Shown: one piece after another, positions 1 to 10,852 of the stretch
How positions within the stretch are numbered: the first letter of the stretch is position 1
Layout of the letters: every line of letters starts with the position of its first letter
DNA from: an uncultured Ectothiorhodospiraceae bacterium
Lineage (GTDB): Bacteria; Pseudomonadota; Gammaproteobacteria; CAYQDX01
Length of the DNA: 41,282 bases
NCBI GenBank assembly: GCA_964416345.1
Contig: CAYQDX010000003.1
Coordinates: forward strand, 1-41,282
Direction: 5' to 3'
Translations under genes and position numbers: made by a program
The notes under the pieces: model-generated
Database searches by the model: none
The model's input: the letters and a program-made list of their open reading frames with translations, nothing else
Told to the model about the DNA's origin: nothing

Positions 1-302
1 AGTATGAAGGTGTATGCTCCAGGTGTGAGGGCCTTCAACAGACGGTAAGAGGTGTTATCCACCCGCGCATAGGTCGCCAGCTCCGATAGGTCGCGGCACA
101 CGAGGGTGAAGAGGTGACTGTCGTCGAGCTCACGGATGCGCCGTATGCGCTCCACGGCGGCCTTGTCGCCGATACGGCAGCCCAAAGCATAGGCAGAATC
201 AGTCGGATAAACGATGACCCCTCCTTCTTGGATGATGGCCACCGCCTGTCGCAGCAGGCGTTGCTGGGGGTTGACGGGGTGGATCTGGAAATATTGACTC
301 AC
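1..302 (-). CDS. yciO: Sua5/YciO/YrdC family protein (threonylcarbamoyl-AMP synthase-like), 5' part; runs off the window
   Basis: Not in the ORF track. Manual translation from GTG at 302: MSQYFQIHPVNPQQRLLRQAVAIIQEGGVIVYPTDSAYALGC...FTLVCRDLSELATYARVDN...LTPGAYTFI, a typical YciO N-terminus. Lies downstream of the PHP gene as in the conserved yciV-yciO pair. Confidence 0.93.
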   Translation of the reverse strand, partial: MSQYFQIHPVNPQQRLLRQAVAIIQEGGVIVYPTDSAYALGCRIGDKAAVERIRRIRELDDSHLFTLVCRDLSELATYARVDNTSYRLLKALTPGAYTFI

Positions 303-346
303 TGTCCACTGTTCTCGCAGGCCAAGGTGGGCTCCGAGGCCGGGAC

Positions 347-1177
347 TCACCAGGTTTGCCAAACGGGGCGACATGCGGGCGGTAGCCCGGCCATGCGACC
401 CAATTCTGCTACTGCACCCTCGGGTCCGTGATAATCCGAGCCCACAGACCCGCGCAGACCGCGTCTCAGCGCGCAGCCCAGCAGATGTGCGGTCACCGTC
501 GGGGTCTGGCGGCCGGATACCACCTCCATCCCCATCCCATCGCAGGCATGGAAGGCGTCGAGCAGCTGCCCCAGACGCGTCGCCGTGAGGCGATAGCGGG
601 CGGGGTGGGCCAGTACGGCCTGGCCGCCTGCAGCGTTGATCCAGCCCACGGCCTGCGCCATGTCGGCCCACCGTCCGGGCACATGGCCCGGCTTGCCTCC
701 TACCAGGTAGCGACGATACACCTGAGCCGGATCCTTGGCCCAGCCGCCGGCGGCCAAGAATCGGGCAAAATGGGTGCGGCTGATGATGGGGCCATGGGCG
801 TAGCGCAGAGCCCCTTCCAGCGCCCCTGGCACGCCGTGCGCGGACAGGCGCCGGGCAATCTCCTCGGCGCGCCAGTCGCGGAAGCTTCGCAGCCCCGCCA
901 GGCCCCGGCGAAGCCCCGGGTGCTCGGGATCTATCCGCAGCCCGAGCACGTGAACGGTCAGGTCGTTCCAGGTGACCGAGATCTCTACGCCTGGCACTAA
1001 CTCTACCCCGAGGCGGTCGGCAGCCTCCTGTGCCTCCGCCAGGCCGCTCGTGTCGTCGTGGTCAGTCAACGCCAGGGTTTCCACCCCCTGGTCGCGGGCG
1101 TGGGCCACCAGCCCAGAGGGGCTGAGAGTGCCGTCCGAGGCGGTGGAATGGGCGTGCAGGTCGTAGATGCGTGACAT
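347..1177 (-). CDS. yciV: PHP-domain metal-dependent phosphoesterase (YciV/TrpH family)
   Basis: Motifs DLHAHSTASDG, ALTDHD, GVEIS, VLAHP, GSDYHG; adjacent to yciO. Confidence 0.92.
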   Translation of the reverse strand: MSRIYDLHAHSTASDGTLSPSGLVAHARDQGVETLALTDHDDTSGLAEAQEAADRLGVELVPGVEISVTWNDLTVHVLGLRIDPEHPGLRRGLAGLRSFRDWRAEEIARRLSAHGVPGALEGALRYAHGPIISRTHFARFLAAGGWAKDPAQVYRRYLVGGKPGHVPGRWADMAQAVGWINAAGGQAVLAHPARYRLTATRLGQLLDAFHACDGMGMEVVSGRQTPTVTAHLLGCALRRGLRGSVGSDYHGPEGAVAELGRMAGLPPACRPVWQTW

Positions 1178-1345
1178 GGCCGGCAGTGTACTTCAGGGTT
1201 ACGCCGATGTCTCGGTCCGACTCGGGGGCACGGAGGGCCGGGAAATTCCTCAGAGATCCCGCGGTAAGGCGCCATCAGAACTCTACGAAACAACCGGATA
1301 AAGCACTCCACCCGCCTCGTGATGCCTCCCGGACCCCTCCAGGCG

Positions 1346-1372
1346 GAACTGAAATATAATGTTATGATCTGT
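1346..1372 (+). promoter_or_regulatory. Possible promoter of yciB-yciI-bolA (ECF sigmaE/AlgU-like, with an embedded TATAAT)
   Basis: GAACTG-N16-TCTGT resembles the AlgU consensus GAACTT-N16/17-TCTGA; TATAAT at 1355-1360 in an AT-rich patch upstream of yciB. Confidence 0.35.
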
Positions 1373-1408
1373 AGGCCGCGCCGCTAGCCGCACTGACTGA
1401 GACCCGCG

Positions 1409-1975
1409 ATGAAGTTTTTGTTCGATTTCTTCCCCATCCTGCTGTTTTTTGCCGCCTATTGGCTGCACGGCGATCCCGAGCAGCGAATCTATGTCGCCAC
1501 CGCAGTGGCAATCGCCGCGACCTTCATTCAGATTGGCATCGTCTGGCTCAGGCACCGGCGCCTGGAGAAGACCCATCTCCTGACCCTTGCAATCATCGTC
1601 CTGTTCGGTGGCGCCACCTTGATCCTCAAGGACGAGATCTTCATCAAGTGGAAGCCGACCGCCTTGAATTGGCTGCTTGCCGCGGCCTTCCTTGGCAGTC
1701 AGTTCATTGGCGAGCGACCGCTTGTGCGGCGCATGATGGGGTCACAGATCTCCCTGCCGGAGTCGATCTGGCGGCGTCTAAACCTCACGTGGACGGCGTT
1801 CTTCGTGCTCCTCGGCGCCACCAATCTGTATGTCGTCTATCACTTCGACACGGAGGTGTGGGTCAGCTTCAAGCTGTTCGGCATGATGGGGCTGACCTTT
1901 GCGTTCATCATTGCCCAGGCCTTCTATCTCGCTCGGCACATCACGCCGGATGACGAGACCCAGGAGCACACCTGA
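1409..1975 (+). CDS. yciB: Inner membrane protein YciB (intracellular septation protein A family)
   Basis: [14 protein letters not shown] start, FIKWKPT and WVSFKLFG motifs, multiple TM segments. Confidence 0.95.
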   Translation: MKFLFDFFPILLFFAAYWLHGDPEQRIYVATAVAIAATFIQIGIVWLRHRRLEKTHLLTLAIIVLFGGATLILKDEIFIKWKPTALNWLLAAAFLGSQFIGERPLVRRMMGSQISLPESIWRRLNLTWTAFFVLLGATNLYVVYHFDTEVWVSFKLFGMMGLTFAFIIAQAFYLARHITPDDETQEHT

Positions 1976-2274
1976 TGCTCTACGCCATCTCCGCCGAAGA
2001 TGCACAGGGAAGCCTGGCAAAGCGCCTGACGGCGCGCCCTGCCCATCTGCAGCGCCTGCGGCAGCTCCAGGAGCAGGGCCGATTGCTGCTCGCCGGCCCG
2101 CATCCCGCCATCGACAGCCCGGATCCCGGACCGGCGGGCTTCACCGGTAGCCTGATCATCGCCGAGTTCGCCTCTGCCGAGGAGGCACGGCGCTGGGCCG
2201 ATGCAGACCCTTACGTCAGCGCCGGTGTCTATGCTCGGGTGACGGTCAAGCCGTTTAGGAAGGTATTGCCATGA
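1975..2274 (+). CDS. yciI: YciI family protein
   Basis: [34 protein letters not shown] motifs; start overlaps the yciB stop. Confidence 0.95.
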   Translation: MLYAISAEDAQGSLAKRLTARPAHLQRLRQLQEQGRLLLAGPHPAIDSPDPGPAGFTGSLIIAEFASAEEARRWADADPYVSAGVYARVTVKPFRKVLP

Positions 2275-2549
2275 GCTCCGTCGCCGATCGGGTTGCTCTT
2301 ATCCGGGAGCGCCTGCAGACGGCGCTTTCGCCGCAGAGTCTAGATATCCAAGACGATAGCGCGCGGCACGCCGGCCACTCCGGTGCCCGGGGCGGCGGAG
2401 GGCATTTCCATGTGGTCATCGTCGCGGATGTATTTCGAGGCAAGCCCCTCCTGGAGCGTCACCGAATGGTGTACGGAGCCCTAGGCAGCATGATGAGCTC
2501 CGAGATTCACGCCCTCAGCATTGGCGCCTACTCCCCCGAGGAGCGCTAG
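2271..2549 (+). CDS. bolA: BolA family protein
   Basis: [29 protein letters not shown] motifs; 4-nt overlap with yciI. Confidence 0.93.
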   Translation: MSSVADRVALIRERLQTALSPQSLDIQDDSARHAGHSGARGGGGHFHVVIVADVFRGKPLLERHRMVYGALGSMMSSEIHALSIGAYSPEER

Positions 2550-2609
2550 CTCCGACGTCTCACCAGGTAGCGCGACCGTAGCGCCAACCTGGTGAGCCTA
2601 TGCCTTAGC

Positions 2610-5276
2610 CTAGCCGGCCGTGGCCTCGAGCTCGCCGCGCACCCGCGCGAACTCCGCTTCGGCCTTGCCCAGCAGCTCGCGCGCGCCCTCCGTGCGGCCT
2701 TCGCGCCCGATGGCCTCCAGGGTGCGGGCCAGCTCGGAGAGTCCTATGGCGCCGAGATTGGCGCTGCTGGATTTCAAGCTGTGGGCGGCTTCTCGCAAGC
2801 TGTTGGCGTCTCCTGCGGGAATGGATGTGGAGATGCGGGCGAGGTGGGTTGGCGCGTCCTTCAAGTAGACTTGCACGAGCTCGCTGAATCCATCTTCCAA
2901 CAGCTCGCGCAATTCCTGCACGATCTGCAGGTCGACGGCGGGCTCCAGGCTCACATTCATGGCATCCTCCTCGGTTTCAACGTCTAGGGGTTTGATCCAG
3001 CGCTCCAGAGCTCCCGCGAGGCTCTCCGGCTTGACCGGTTTGGACAAGTAGTCGTCCATGCCAGCAGCCAGGCAACGCTCGCGGTCTCCTTGCATGGCGT
3101 TCGCCGTCATGGCGACAACGGGAAGGTGGCGGGCGCCCCGTTGCTGCTCCTGCTCTCGGATGGCCCGGGTAGCCTCGAAGCCATCCATGACCGGCATTTG
3201 GCAGTCCATGAGCACCAAGTCGTAGCCGACTTCCAGCACAGCCTGGATTGCCGCCTCTCCGGTACCGACCACGTCCGCATGCACGCCGAGCTTGCGCAGC
3301 GCCGCCACCGCGACCTTTTGGTTGACCTCATTGTCCTCGGCGAGCAGCACGCGGCCGTCAATCTTGCGTCCGCTATGGCCGGAGGGTGGACGTTTGCGCG
3401 GCCGCATGGCGCCGCCGAATAGGCGCGCAATGGCGTCGAATAGGGCCGACGCACGCACCGGCTTGTTGACGCAGACCTCCACGCCCGCGGCTTCCGCTGC
3501 CGGTCCTGGCTGTCCCATGGAGCTCAACATCACCAGCTGTGCCTCTCCAATGGCAGCATTGGCTTTGATCGTGCGGGCGAGCTGCAAGCCGTCCATCCCC
3601 GGCATTTGCAGATCGAGGATCACCAGCTCATAGGGCTCGCCCTGGACCGCTGCCGCCTGCAGCAGCTCCAGCGCCGTGGCACCGTCCGCGGCACTGGCGT
3701 AGGACAGCCCCCAGCCTGCCAGGTAGCTCTCCAGTATCGTTCGGTTGGTGCGGACGTCGTCCACGATGAGGGCGCGCACATGGATCTCACCACGCTCCGC
3801 CCGCGGGGCGAGCTCACTCACGCTGAGGGAAATCGCAAAGGCAAAAGTCGAGCCCTTGCCTGGAACGCTCTCCACTCGGACGTCACCACCCATTAGCTGA
3901 ACCAGCTGGCGGGAGATCGCCAGGCCGAGCCCGGTCCCCCCGTAACGGCGAGTTGTGGACGCATCAGCCTGGCTGAATGCCTGAAACAGGTGCTGCCGTT
4001 GAGCTTCCGAAATGCCGATTCCGGTGTCCGACACTTCGAAGCTCAGCGTCACCTGCCCCTCCGCCCTGTCCTTGATCCCCACCCGGAGCACTATCTCACC
4101 GTGCTCCGTGAACTTGACGGCATTGCCCAGCAGATTGGTGAGCACTTGCCGCAGTCGGTTGGGGTCGCCCCGGAGCATGGCGGGCACGTCCGTGGGCACG
4201 AAGCAAGCCAGCTCTAGGCCCTTCTTCTGTGCGCGCTCGGCGAGCAGTACCGCCAAGTGCTCGATGAGCTCCCGAATGTCGAAGTCGATCTGCTCCAGCT
4301 CCAGCTTGCCCGCCTCGATCTTGGAGAAATCCAAGATATCGTTGATGAGCGAAAGCAAGGTCTCGGCGGACGCTTGGGCGGACTGTATATACTCCTCCTG
4401 CTCCCTGCTGATGGGCGTGTCGGCCAACAAGTCCAGCATCCCCAGCACTCCGTGCATGGGAGTGCGAATCTCGTGACTCATGTTGGCGAGAAACTCGCTC
4501 TTGGCGCGGTTGGAGGCCTCCGCAGCGTCCTTGGCGAGCCGCAGTTGGTGCGCGATGGCGGTGCGCTCGCGCACCTCTTTAGCCATAGCCTCGTTGGCCC
4601 CTTCCAGGCTGCGCTTGGTCGCGATGACGCTGGAGGCCAGTCTCCGGTTCTCCACTGCGAGCCGGACCGAGCCGGAGAATGACTCGTGGAATTGGCGTGC
4701 GGTGAGCAGTAGCACGCCCAGGTACACCAGAGTCATGAATCCCATGGCCACCGACACGGTGCTGCCCGCCACGAAGAATGCCGCGGCCACAGGGACCAGC
4801 GCCGGAACAACGAAGGCGGCGTAGGCCGAATGCAGCGCCGCATTCGTGGCAATAGCGCCCGCTGCAATGCCGCCGAGTGTGAAAGCGACCATCAACTGCA
4901 GCGTCGGCGACTGGGCCGAGATGAACAGAACGCCGGCTGCCCCCCAGACCAAGCCGCCCCACAGCGCCCCGGCGACATAGCGGCGGCTCCAAAGGGCCGG
5001 GTCGGCGGCTTCCGGCACCTGGCGTCTATAGGCGCGCAACAGCAGAGACCGTCCGAGAACCATCAGACCCAGGGCGGAGGCCCAGCCCATCAACCTCGCA
5101 ATCGACGCCGATTGCAGCATCACTAGCAGCAGGATGCCGCCGACGACCACATTCGCCCACAACCCAATGGCTGCCTGCTGGTACAACAGGCGCACCTGCT
5201 CGGCCAGCAGCGACGCCTCATCGACATCGGGAGCCGGATCTGGCGCTGGTGTGGAAGGTGTCTGGGATTGCTCCAT
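2610..5276 (-). CDS. Membrane-bound hybrid sensor histidine kinase (multi-TM sensor, HisKA, HATPase, two REC, Hpt)
   Basis: H-box [14 protein letters not shown]-box [11 protein letters not shown] boxes DTGIG and GGTGLGL, REC motifs VILDLQMP and VLMDCQMP, Hpt [13 protein letters not shown]; hydrophobic N-terminal ~200 aa. Confidence 0.93.
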   Translation of the reverse strand: MEQSQTPSTPAPDPAPDVDEASLLAEQVRLLYQQAAIGLWANVVVGGILLLVMLQSASIARLMGWASALGLMVLGRSLLLRAYRRQVPEAADPALWSRRYVAGALWGGLVWGAAGVLFISAQSPTLQLMVAFTLGGIAAGAIATNAALHSAYAAFVVPALVPVAAAFFVAGSTVSVAMGFMTLVYLGVLLLTARQFHESFSGSVRLAVENRRLASSVIATKRSLEGANEAMAKEVRERTAIAHQLRLAKDAAEASNRAKSEFLANMSHEIRTPMHGVLGMLDLLADTPISREQEEYIQSAQASAETLLSLINDILDFSKIEAGKLELEQIDFDIRELIEHLAVLLAERAQKKGLELACFVPTDVPAMLRGDPNRLRQVLTNLLGNAVKFTEHGEIVLRVGIKDRAEGQVTLSFEVSDTGIGISEAQRQHLFQAFSQADASTTRRYGGTGLGLAISRQLVQLMGGDVRVESVPGKGSTFAFAISLSVSELAPRAERGEIHVRALIVDDVRTNRTILESYLAGWGLSYASAADGATALELLQAAAVQGEPYELVILDLQMPGMDGLQLARTIKANAAIGEAQLVMLSSMGQPGPAAEAAGVEVCVNKPVRASALFDAIARLFGGAMRPRKRPPSGHSGRKIDGRVLLAEDNEVNQKVAVAALRKLGVHADVVGTGEAAIQAVLEVGYDLVLMDCQMPVMDGFEATRAIREQEQQRGARHLPVVAMTANAMQGDRERCLAAGMDDYLSKPVKPESLAGALERWIKPLDVETEEDAMNVSLEPAVDLQIVQELRELLEDGFSELVQVYLKDAPTHLARISTSIPAGDANSLREAAHSLKSSSANLGAIGLSELARTLEAIGREGRTEGARELLGKAEAEFARVRGELEATAG

Positions 5277-5431
5277 GCAACGTGCTCTCGGCTCTGACCC
5301 ATTTGACGCATTGTAGTGTGCCCGAAATGACAGCCGGCTGACAGGGCGCCGCGTAGGCTGCCGGATTCGGGCTTTCGCGCTATCGGCAAAGACCTTATCA
5401 TGGTCGCCAGCCTAGATTGCGGAATCTCACC

Positions 5432-6067
5432 ATGATCAAGCTGCTGTCGGTGTTGGGTGCCTGCCTGCTGCTGCTCGCCGGCTCCGCGACCGCGGATGGC
5501 TCTGCGGATGCCAAGCCCAGAGTTCATTTGCAGACCGGCGCGGGGGAAATCGTGCTGGCGCTGGACCCGGCACGCGCACCCAAGACGGTGGAGAACTTCC
5601 TGACCTATGTCCGTGCCGGCTTCTACGACGGAACCATATTCCACCGCGTCATCGCTGGATTCATGATCCAGGGTGGTGGATACACCACGGACTATCGGCG
5701 CAAGGACACCGGCCCGCCCATCGCCAACGAGGCCGGCAACGGCCTGAAGAACCGCCGTGGCACGATCAGCATGGCTCGCACCGGGGAGCCTCATTCGGCG
5801 ACCTCGCAGTTCTTCATCAATGTCGTGGACAACGACGCCTTGGATTTCCGCGCCCAGACCGACTCGGGATGGGGTTACGCAGTATTCGGTGAAGTCGTCG
5901 GCGGCATGGACGTTGTGAATGCCATTGCCGACGCCCCGACCGGCGCTGCCGGCCCGTTTCCCACCGATGCCCCTCAGACCCAGGTAGTCATCGAGAAGGC
6001 CTATGTGGAGGTTTCCGGGACGCCGGGCGCCGGGAGCCCGGCCACAACTAAGGATTCCCTCAAGTGA
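5432..6067 (+). CDS. ppiA: Periplasmic cyclophilin-type peptidyl-prolyl isomerase
   Basis: Signal-peptide-like N-terminus from ATG 5432; [37 protein letters not shown]. Confidence 0.9.
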   Translation: MIKLLSVLGACLLLLAGSATADGSADAKPRVHLQTGAGEIVLALDPARAPKTVENFLTYVRAGFYDGTIFHRVIAGFMIQGGGYTTDYRRKDTGPPIANEAGNGLKNRRGTISMARTGEPHSATSQFFINVVDNDALDFRAQTDSGWGYAVFGEVVGGMDVVNAIADAPTGAAGPFPTDAPQTQVVIEKAYVEVSGTPGAGSPATTKDSLK

Positions 6068-6573
6068 TCGTACTGCATACCAACCACGGGTCCATCAGCG
6101 TCGAGCTGGATTTCGCCAAAGCCCCCGACACCGCCGCCAACTTCCTCACCTACGCCCGCGAAGGGTTCTACGACGGAACCTTGTTTCACCGCGTGATCCC
6201 GGGATTCATGATTCAGGGAGGCGGCTTCACGCCGGGGATGCGCCAGAAAGCAACCCGCGCGCCCATCCGCAACGAGGCCGGAAACGGCCTGCACAACGAG
6301 GCGGGCACCCTCGCCATGGCGCGCACGTCCGACCCACATTCGGCCACCAGCCAGTTCTTCATCAATGTCGCCGACAACGCCTTTCTGAATCATAAGGGCC
6401 CCACCCCGGATGGCTGGGGCTACTGCGTATTCGGCCGAGTCTCCGGCGGCATGGAGGTGGTGCAGGCCATCGCCGGCGTAGCAACCACTCGCCGTAGCAT
6501 GCACCAGGACGTTCCCGCAGACGATGTGGTCATCGAGCGCATCGAGGTTGTAGACCCGAGCCCATCCGCCTAG
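6064..6573 (+). CDS. ppiB: Cytoplasmic cyclophilin-type peptidyl-prolyl isomerase
   Basis: [11 protein letters not shown] start, [19 protein letters not shown]; upstream of lpxH as in ppiB-lpxH operons. Confidence 0.93.
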   Translation: MIVLHTNHGSISVELDFAKAPDTAANFLTYAREGFYDGTLFHRVIPGFMIQGGGFTPGMRQKATRAPIRNEAGNGLHNEAGTLAMARTSDPHSATSQFFINVADNAFLNHKGPTPDGWGYCVFGRVSGGMEVVQAIAGVATTRRSMHQDVPADDVVIERIEVVDPSPSA

Positions 6574-6642
6574 TCATGCCGCCAAGAGTCCCTGCAGCCG
6601 TTACGGGTCGGTGGCACGCCTGCTGCTGAGCCCCACTGCAGC

Positions 6643-7383
6643 GTGGCTGTCTACTTCGTCTCCGACCTCCATCTCGACGAGGAGCGTCCGGCCATCACGG
6701 CGGTATTCGTCGACTTTCTCCGACGGTGTGCCCGAGAGGAGGCGGATGCGCTGTATATCCTCGGGGACCTGTTCGAATATTGGCTCGGCGACGATGATCG
6801 AGATGCGACCAAGGATACGGTGCGGTCCGCGCTGGCCGAGGCGACCGGAGGCGGCCTGCGCGTGTATGTCATGCGCGGTAATCGAGATTTTCTGCTGGGG
6901 CAGACCTTTGCTGCACAGACCGGCGCCCGCCTGCTGGATGAGCCCTACCAGCTGGATCTATACGGCACCCCTACCCTGCTGATGCACGGCGACCTGCTGT
7001 GCGTAGACGACCTACCGTATCAGAGATTTCGCCGCAAGGTCAGGAGCGCGGCCTGGCAGGCCGCTTTCCTCGCCAATCCCCTGGCCAAGCGGGAGCTGCA
7101 GGTGCGCGGCCTTCGGGACGAGAGCCGAGTCGAGGCGCGGGCCAAGTCCAGCGACATCCTGAACGTGAGTCCGGCCGCAGTCGAGGAAGTGATCCGCCGC
7201 CACGGCGTCAGCAGGCTCATCCACGGCCACACTCACCGCCCAGGTGTCCATCGGCTACAGATCGGTGGCAACAGGGTCGAGCGTATCGTGCTGGGCGCCT
7301 GGTACGTCGAGGGCAGTGCTCTGCGCTGCGACGCGCTCGGATGCCGTTCCGTAGCCGTCAGCGCTCCTGATTCGGCGACCTAG
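6643..7383 (+). CDS. lpxH: UDP-2,3-diacylglucosamine diphosphatase
   Basis: Metallophosphoesterase motifs SDLHL, GDLFE, GNRDF, MHGD, IHGHTHRP. Confidence 0.95.
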   Translation: MAVYFVSDLHLDEERPAITAVFVDFLRRCAREEADALYILGDLFEYWLGDDDRDATKDTVRSALAEATGGGLRVYVMRGNRDFLLGQTFAAQTGARLLDEPYQLDLYGTPTLLMHGDLLCVDDLPYQRFRRKVRSAAWQAAFLANPLAKRELQVRGLRDESRVEARAKSSDILNVSPAAVEEVIRRHGVSRLIHGHTHRPGVHRLQIGGNRVERIVLGAWYVEGSALRCDALGCRSVAVSAPDSAT

Positions 7384-7498
7384 GGCCCTGCGGCGGGGCT
7401 AACGGAGTCCGCCGTGTCGCAGACACCGCCGCCAGAGACTCGGCCGCCTGAGCCATCCCGGCAGCCATACCGGGGAAGAGGCCCCAGCGGCAGCAGGC

Positions 7499-8311
7499 TT
7501 AGCCCCTCTGCCGCGCCTGCTCCAGCAGCCAGTCCAGCTCCGCCTCGGCGAAGCCGGCCTGACGGCGGGCGCTCAAGTTGAAGGGCCCCTTGAGCACGTC
7601 CTTCGTGTGCCCGGCGAGCAGCTCGCGGAAAGTCGCTTCCGGTTCCAGGTCTCGCTGGGCACACAGGTAGCGAAACCAGCGCGACCCGGCGGCGACGTGG
7701 CGGATCTCGTCGTGCAGGATGAGCTCGAGAATCTCCGCCCCGCGCCCTTCTCCGCTGGCGCGAAGGCGCTCGGTCATGCCGGGCGTCACGTCCAGACCCC
7801 GGGCCTCCAGTAGGCGTGGAACCAGCGCCATGCGCACCAAGGCGTCATGCGCCGTGCTGCGGGCCATCTCCCACAAGCCGTTGTGGGCCGGAAAATCGCC
7901 ATACTGGAAGCCAAGCTCGGCCAAACGCTCGCCGAGCAGCGTGAAGTGCAGCGTCTCCTCGCCCGCCACCCGAATCCAGTCGTCATAGAACGCTGCAGGC
8001 AGTCCCCTGAACCGATACACGGCATCCCAGGCGAGGTTGATGGCATTGAATTCGATATGAGCGATGGCATGGAGCATGGCAGCGCGCCCCTGCAGGGTGC
8101 CTGGCCTGCGCGCGACCAGTTCCCGCGGCTCCACCAGCGGCGGTCGGACCGGCCGCCCCGGCACGGCTATCGGCCGCGGCGGCGCGGCCGCTGTTGGCGC
8201 CAGGGCCCCGCGGGCCCAGGCTGCAGCCACCGCCGCGCCAAGCTCGGCCTTGCGATTGGCCTCCTGCGCCATGAGGCACTCATAGGCTGCGGTGTACAGC
8301 GAGACTGTCAT
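7499..8311 (-). CDS. Ferritin-like domain protein (DUF455 family)
   Basis: True start is probably ATG at 8311 (ATGA overlap with the upstream stop), not 9031. Motifs HAIAHIEFNAINLAWD, EETLHF, LEARGLD, DEIRH. Confidence 0.87.
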   Translation of the reverse strand: MTVSLYTAAYECLMAQEANRKAELGAAVAAAWARGALAPTAAAPPRPIAVPGRPVRPPLVEPRELVARRPGTLQGRAAMLHAIAHIEFNAINLAWDAVYRFRGLPAAFYDDWIRVAGEETLHFTLLGERLAELGFQYGDFPAHNGLWEMARSTAHDALVRMALVPRLLEARGLDVTPGMTERLRASGEGRGAEILELILHDEIRHVAAGSRWFRYLCAQRDLEPEATFRELLAGHTKDVLKGPFNLSARRQAGFAEAELDWLLEQARQRG

Positions 8312-9561
8312 CCCCGTCCCTGCAAGGAGGCACAGTCGAGCTTCAGTCCAAGCACCAGATCCATCACGTTGGTACCGGTCGGGCCGGTGTAGAGCAGGTC
8401 TTCCGTGGCGGCTAGATAGCTGCCGGCGTCCGCCCGCAGCAGCGCCTGCTCGGCATCCAGGCCTGCCGCGAGGCCCCGGGCCACCGTGTCCGCATCCACC
8501 AGCGCCCCGGCCTGGGTGCCGGGCCCGTCGGTGCCGTCGGTCCCGGCCGCCAGCAAATACGCGCCCCTGTGTCCGGCCAAGACGGTGGCCGCGGCCAGAG
8601 CGAGCTGTTGGCAGCGACCACCGCGGCCCGGCTGCGGCGGCAGTCGCACGGTGGTCTCTCCGGCCCAGATGTGCAGTCCGGCGGGCGCCTCCAGCAGCGT
8701 GGCGGCGAGCCGGCGGCCCGTGGCGGTGGCGCCCTTCGCGAGGGGCGCGGCATGCTCCATCAGATGGCAGCCCAGCCGGCGGGCCGCCGCGCCTGCCGCG
8801 GTGCGTGCGAGATCCAGGTTGGCGACCACGTCGACCCGAACATGGGCCAGGTCTTCGGACCTCGGCCGCGCCGGTGCCAGCTGCAGCAGGCGCTCGATCC
8901 ACGGGGGCAGCGCCGGCGTCGAAAGCGACGGACCGTCCGCCACCAGGAGTCCGGAGCCGACGATGGACAAATCGTCTCCGATGACGTCCGAGATGACGAG
9001 ACCGAGCACCGGACGGCCGCGCAACTGCCATCCCAGGCGGCCGCCCTTGAGCCGCGACAGGCTCTTGCGCACTCGATTCAGCTCATAGATGCCGAGACCG
9101 CTGCCCAGTAGCCATTCGTTCACCCGCGCCAGGTCTTCCAGAGTGACGCCTTCGGGCAATGCCTCCACCAGGGCGGAGGCCCCGCCGGAGATGAGGACCA
9201 GCCACGGCTCTGCCGGGGGCGCGCTAGCCACAAAATCCGCCAGTGCGTCGCCCGCGACGAGGCTCGCAGCGTCAGGCACGGGGTGTCCGGCCTCGAGACA
9301 GGGAAACGGGCCGGGCTCTCCGTGCCCATGCTTGGTGATAACCAGGCCGGCGGCAATGTGGTCCCCCAGTACCTCCAGCGCTCCCTGGACCATGGCGCAG
9401 GAGGCCTTGCCGATGGCAAGGAGACGGACCCTGCCCGCCAGGGGATGGGCTAGCAAATAGTCGCGCACGCAATGGCGACCATGGACTGCCGCCAGGGCGG
9501 CATCCAGCACGGTGCGCAGCGCCAAGCGGGGATCCCGGGACCTGGTTTGACGTGGCGGCAC
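8308..9561 (-). CDS. Glycerate 2-kinase type-2 family (DUF4147/MOFRL; TtuD-like)
   Basis: AIGKAS, GHPVPD, ISGGASAL, LKGGRL, SDVIGDD, GETTV, GTDGTDG, TGPTGTNVMD motifs. Confidence 0.9.
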   Translation of the reverse strand: MPPRQTRSRDPRLALRTVLDAALAAVHGRHCVRDYLLAHPLAGRVRLLAIGKASCAMVQGALEVLGDHIAAGLVITKHGHGEPGPFPCLEAGHPVPDAASLVAGDALADFVASAPPAEPWLVLISGGASALVEALPEGVTLEDLARVNEWLLGSGLGIYELNRVRKSLSRLKGGRLGWQLRGRPVLGLVISDVIGDDLSIVGSGLLVADGPSLSTPALPPWIERLLQLAPARPRSEDLAHVRVDVVANLDLARTAAGAAARRLGCHLMEHAAPLAKGATATGRRLAATLLEAPAGLHIWAGETTVRLPPQPGRGGRCQQLALAAATVLAGHRGAYLLAAGTDGTDGPGTQAGALVDADTVARGLAAGLDAEQALLRADAGSYLAATEDLLYTGPTGTNVMDLVLGLKLDCASLQGRG

Positions 9562-9590
9562 CGCGCGCCGATCCCGTCTGGCCGCGCGGC

Positions 9591-10790
9591 CTACCGACCC
9601 GCAGTGATCCGGGCGAGGCCCCGCTGCAGATCCGCGCAGATGTCATCCACTTCTTCGAGCCCCACCGAAATGCGCACCATTCCCTCCCCAATGCCGGCCT
9701 CGGCCCTGGCTTCCGGGCTCATGCGGCCGTGGGTGGTGCTTGCCGGATGAGTGATGGTGGACTTGGTGTCGCCCAGATTTGCCGTGATGGAAAGCATGCG
9801 GGTGGCGTCGATGACCTGCCAGGCCGCCGCCTTACCTCCGACAACATCAAAGGCCAGCATGCCGCCGAAGTCGTCCTGCTGCGTCGTGGCCAGGTCATGC
9901 TGGGGGTGGCATGGCAGGCCAGGATAGTACACCCGGGCCACCGCAGGCTGGGCCTCCAGCCAGAGTGCCAGCCGCGACGCATTGGCGCTGTGGGCCGCCA
10001 TGCGCAGGCGCAGGGTCTCCAGTCCCTTGAGAAAGACCCAGGCGTTGAAAGGACTCATGGTGGGTCCGGCCGAGCGCAGAAAACCGAAGATGTCGCCCCC
10101 GACTAGGGTCTCGCTGCCCAGCACCGCGCCACCCAGGCAACGGCCCTGTCCATCGAGGTACTTGGTCGCAGAGTGCACCACCACATCCGCGCCCAGACCC
10201 AATGGGCGCTGCAGCGCGGGTGTGCAGAAGCAGTTGTCCACCACCAGCAGGCAGTCATGCGCATGGGCGAGATCGGAAAGTGCCACGATGTCGGCGATCT
10301 CGGTGAGCGGGTTGGAGGGGGTCTCCAGAAACAGCATGCGGGTCCGAGGACGCAGCGCCTGCTCCCAGGCGCCGAGGTCGGCCAGTGGCACGAAGCTGGT
10401 CTGCACCCCGAAGCGGGACAGTATGTTCTGGAACAGCAGGACGGTGCTGCCGAAGACGCTGCGGGAGGCAACGATGTGATCCCCGGCTTGCAGCAATCCC
10501 ATGCAGGTGCTGAGAATGGCGGACATGCCGGAGGCGGTCGCCACGCAGCGCTCGGCGCCCTCCAAGGCGGCGAGGCGCTGCTCGAAGGCTCTCACCGTGG
10601 GATTGGTGAAGCGGGAGTAGATGTTGCCAGGGCGCTCCCCGGCGAAGCGTGCGGCCGCCTCGGCGGCGCTGCCGAACACGTAGCTGGAGGTGGTGAAAAT
10701 GGGCTCCCCATGCTCGCCTTCGGCGGTGCGCTGCTGTCCGGCTCGCACCGCCAGCGTGGCGAAGCCGTACTCGGGTTGGTCCTGGTCCAT
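9591..10790 (-). CDS. metZ: O-succinylhomoserine sulfhydrylase
   Basis: PLP transsulfuration family: YSRFTNPT, SATKYLDGQGR, ANLGDTKS; directly after purF. Start inferred from a GAGG RBS (10790 or 10796). Confidence 0.93.
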   Translation of the reverse strand: MDQDQPEYGFATLAVRAGQQRTAEGEHGEPIFTTSSYVFGSAAEAAARFAGERPGNIYSRFTNPTVRAFEQRLAALEGAERCVATASGMSAILSTCMGLLQAGDHIVASRSVFGSTVLLFQNILSRFGVQTSFVPLADLGAWEQALRPRTRMLFLETPSNPLTEIADIVALSDLAHAHDCLLVVDNCFCTPALQRPLGLGADVVVHSATKYLDGQGRCLGGAVLGSETLVGGDIFGFLRSAGPTMSPFNAWVFLKGLETLRLRMAAHSANASRLALWLEAQPAVARVYYPGLPCHPQHDLATTQQDDFGGMLAFDVVGGKAAAWQVIDATRMLSITANLGDTKSTITHPASTTHGRMSPEARAEAGIGEGMVRISVGLEEVDDICADLQRGLARITAGR

Positions 10791-10852
10791 AGGCATCCTC
10801 TCGTGGGTGCGCCGCGACACCCCGCCGGGCCGGGGCCGCCGCAGGGTGCGGT

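Noticed and set aside
5432-6573. Near-duplicate sequence between two adjacent cyclophilin genes
   Set aside because: Common ppiA/ppiB paralog pair, not a recent duplication or mobile element.
8312-9031. Long N-terminal extension of the 510-aa ORF 7499..9031
   Set aside because: Arg/Gly/Pro-rich out-of-frame read-through of the glycerate kinase gene; the DUF455-like sequence begins at ATG 8311.
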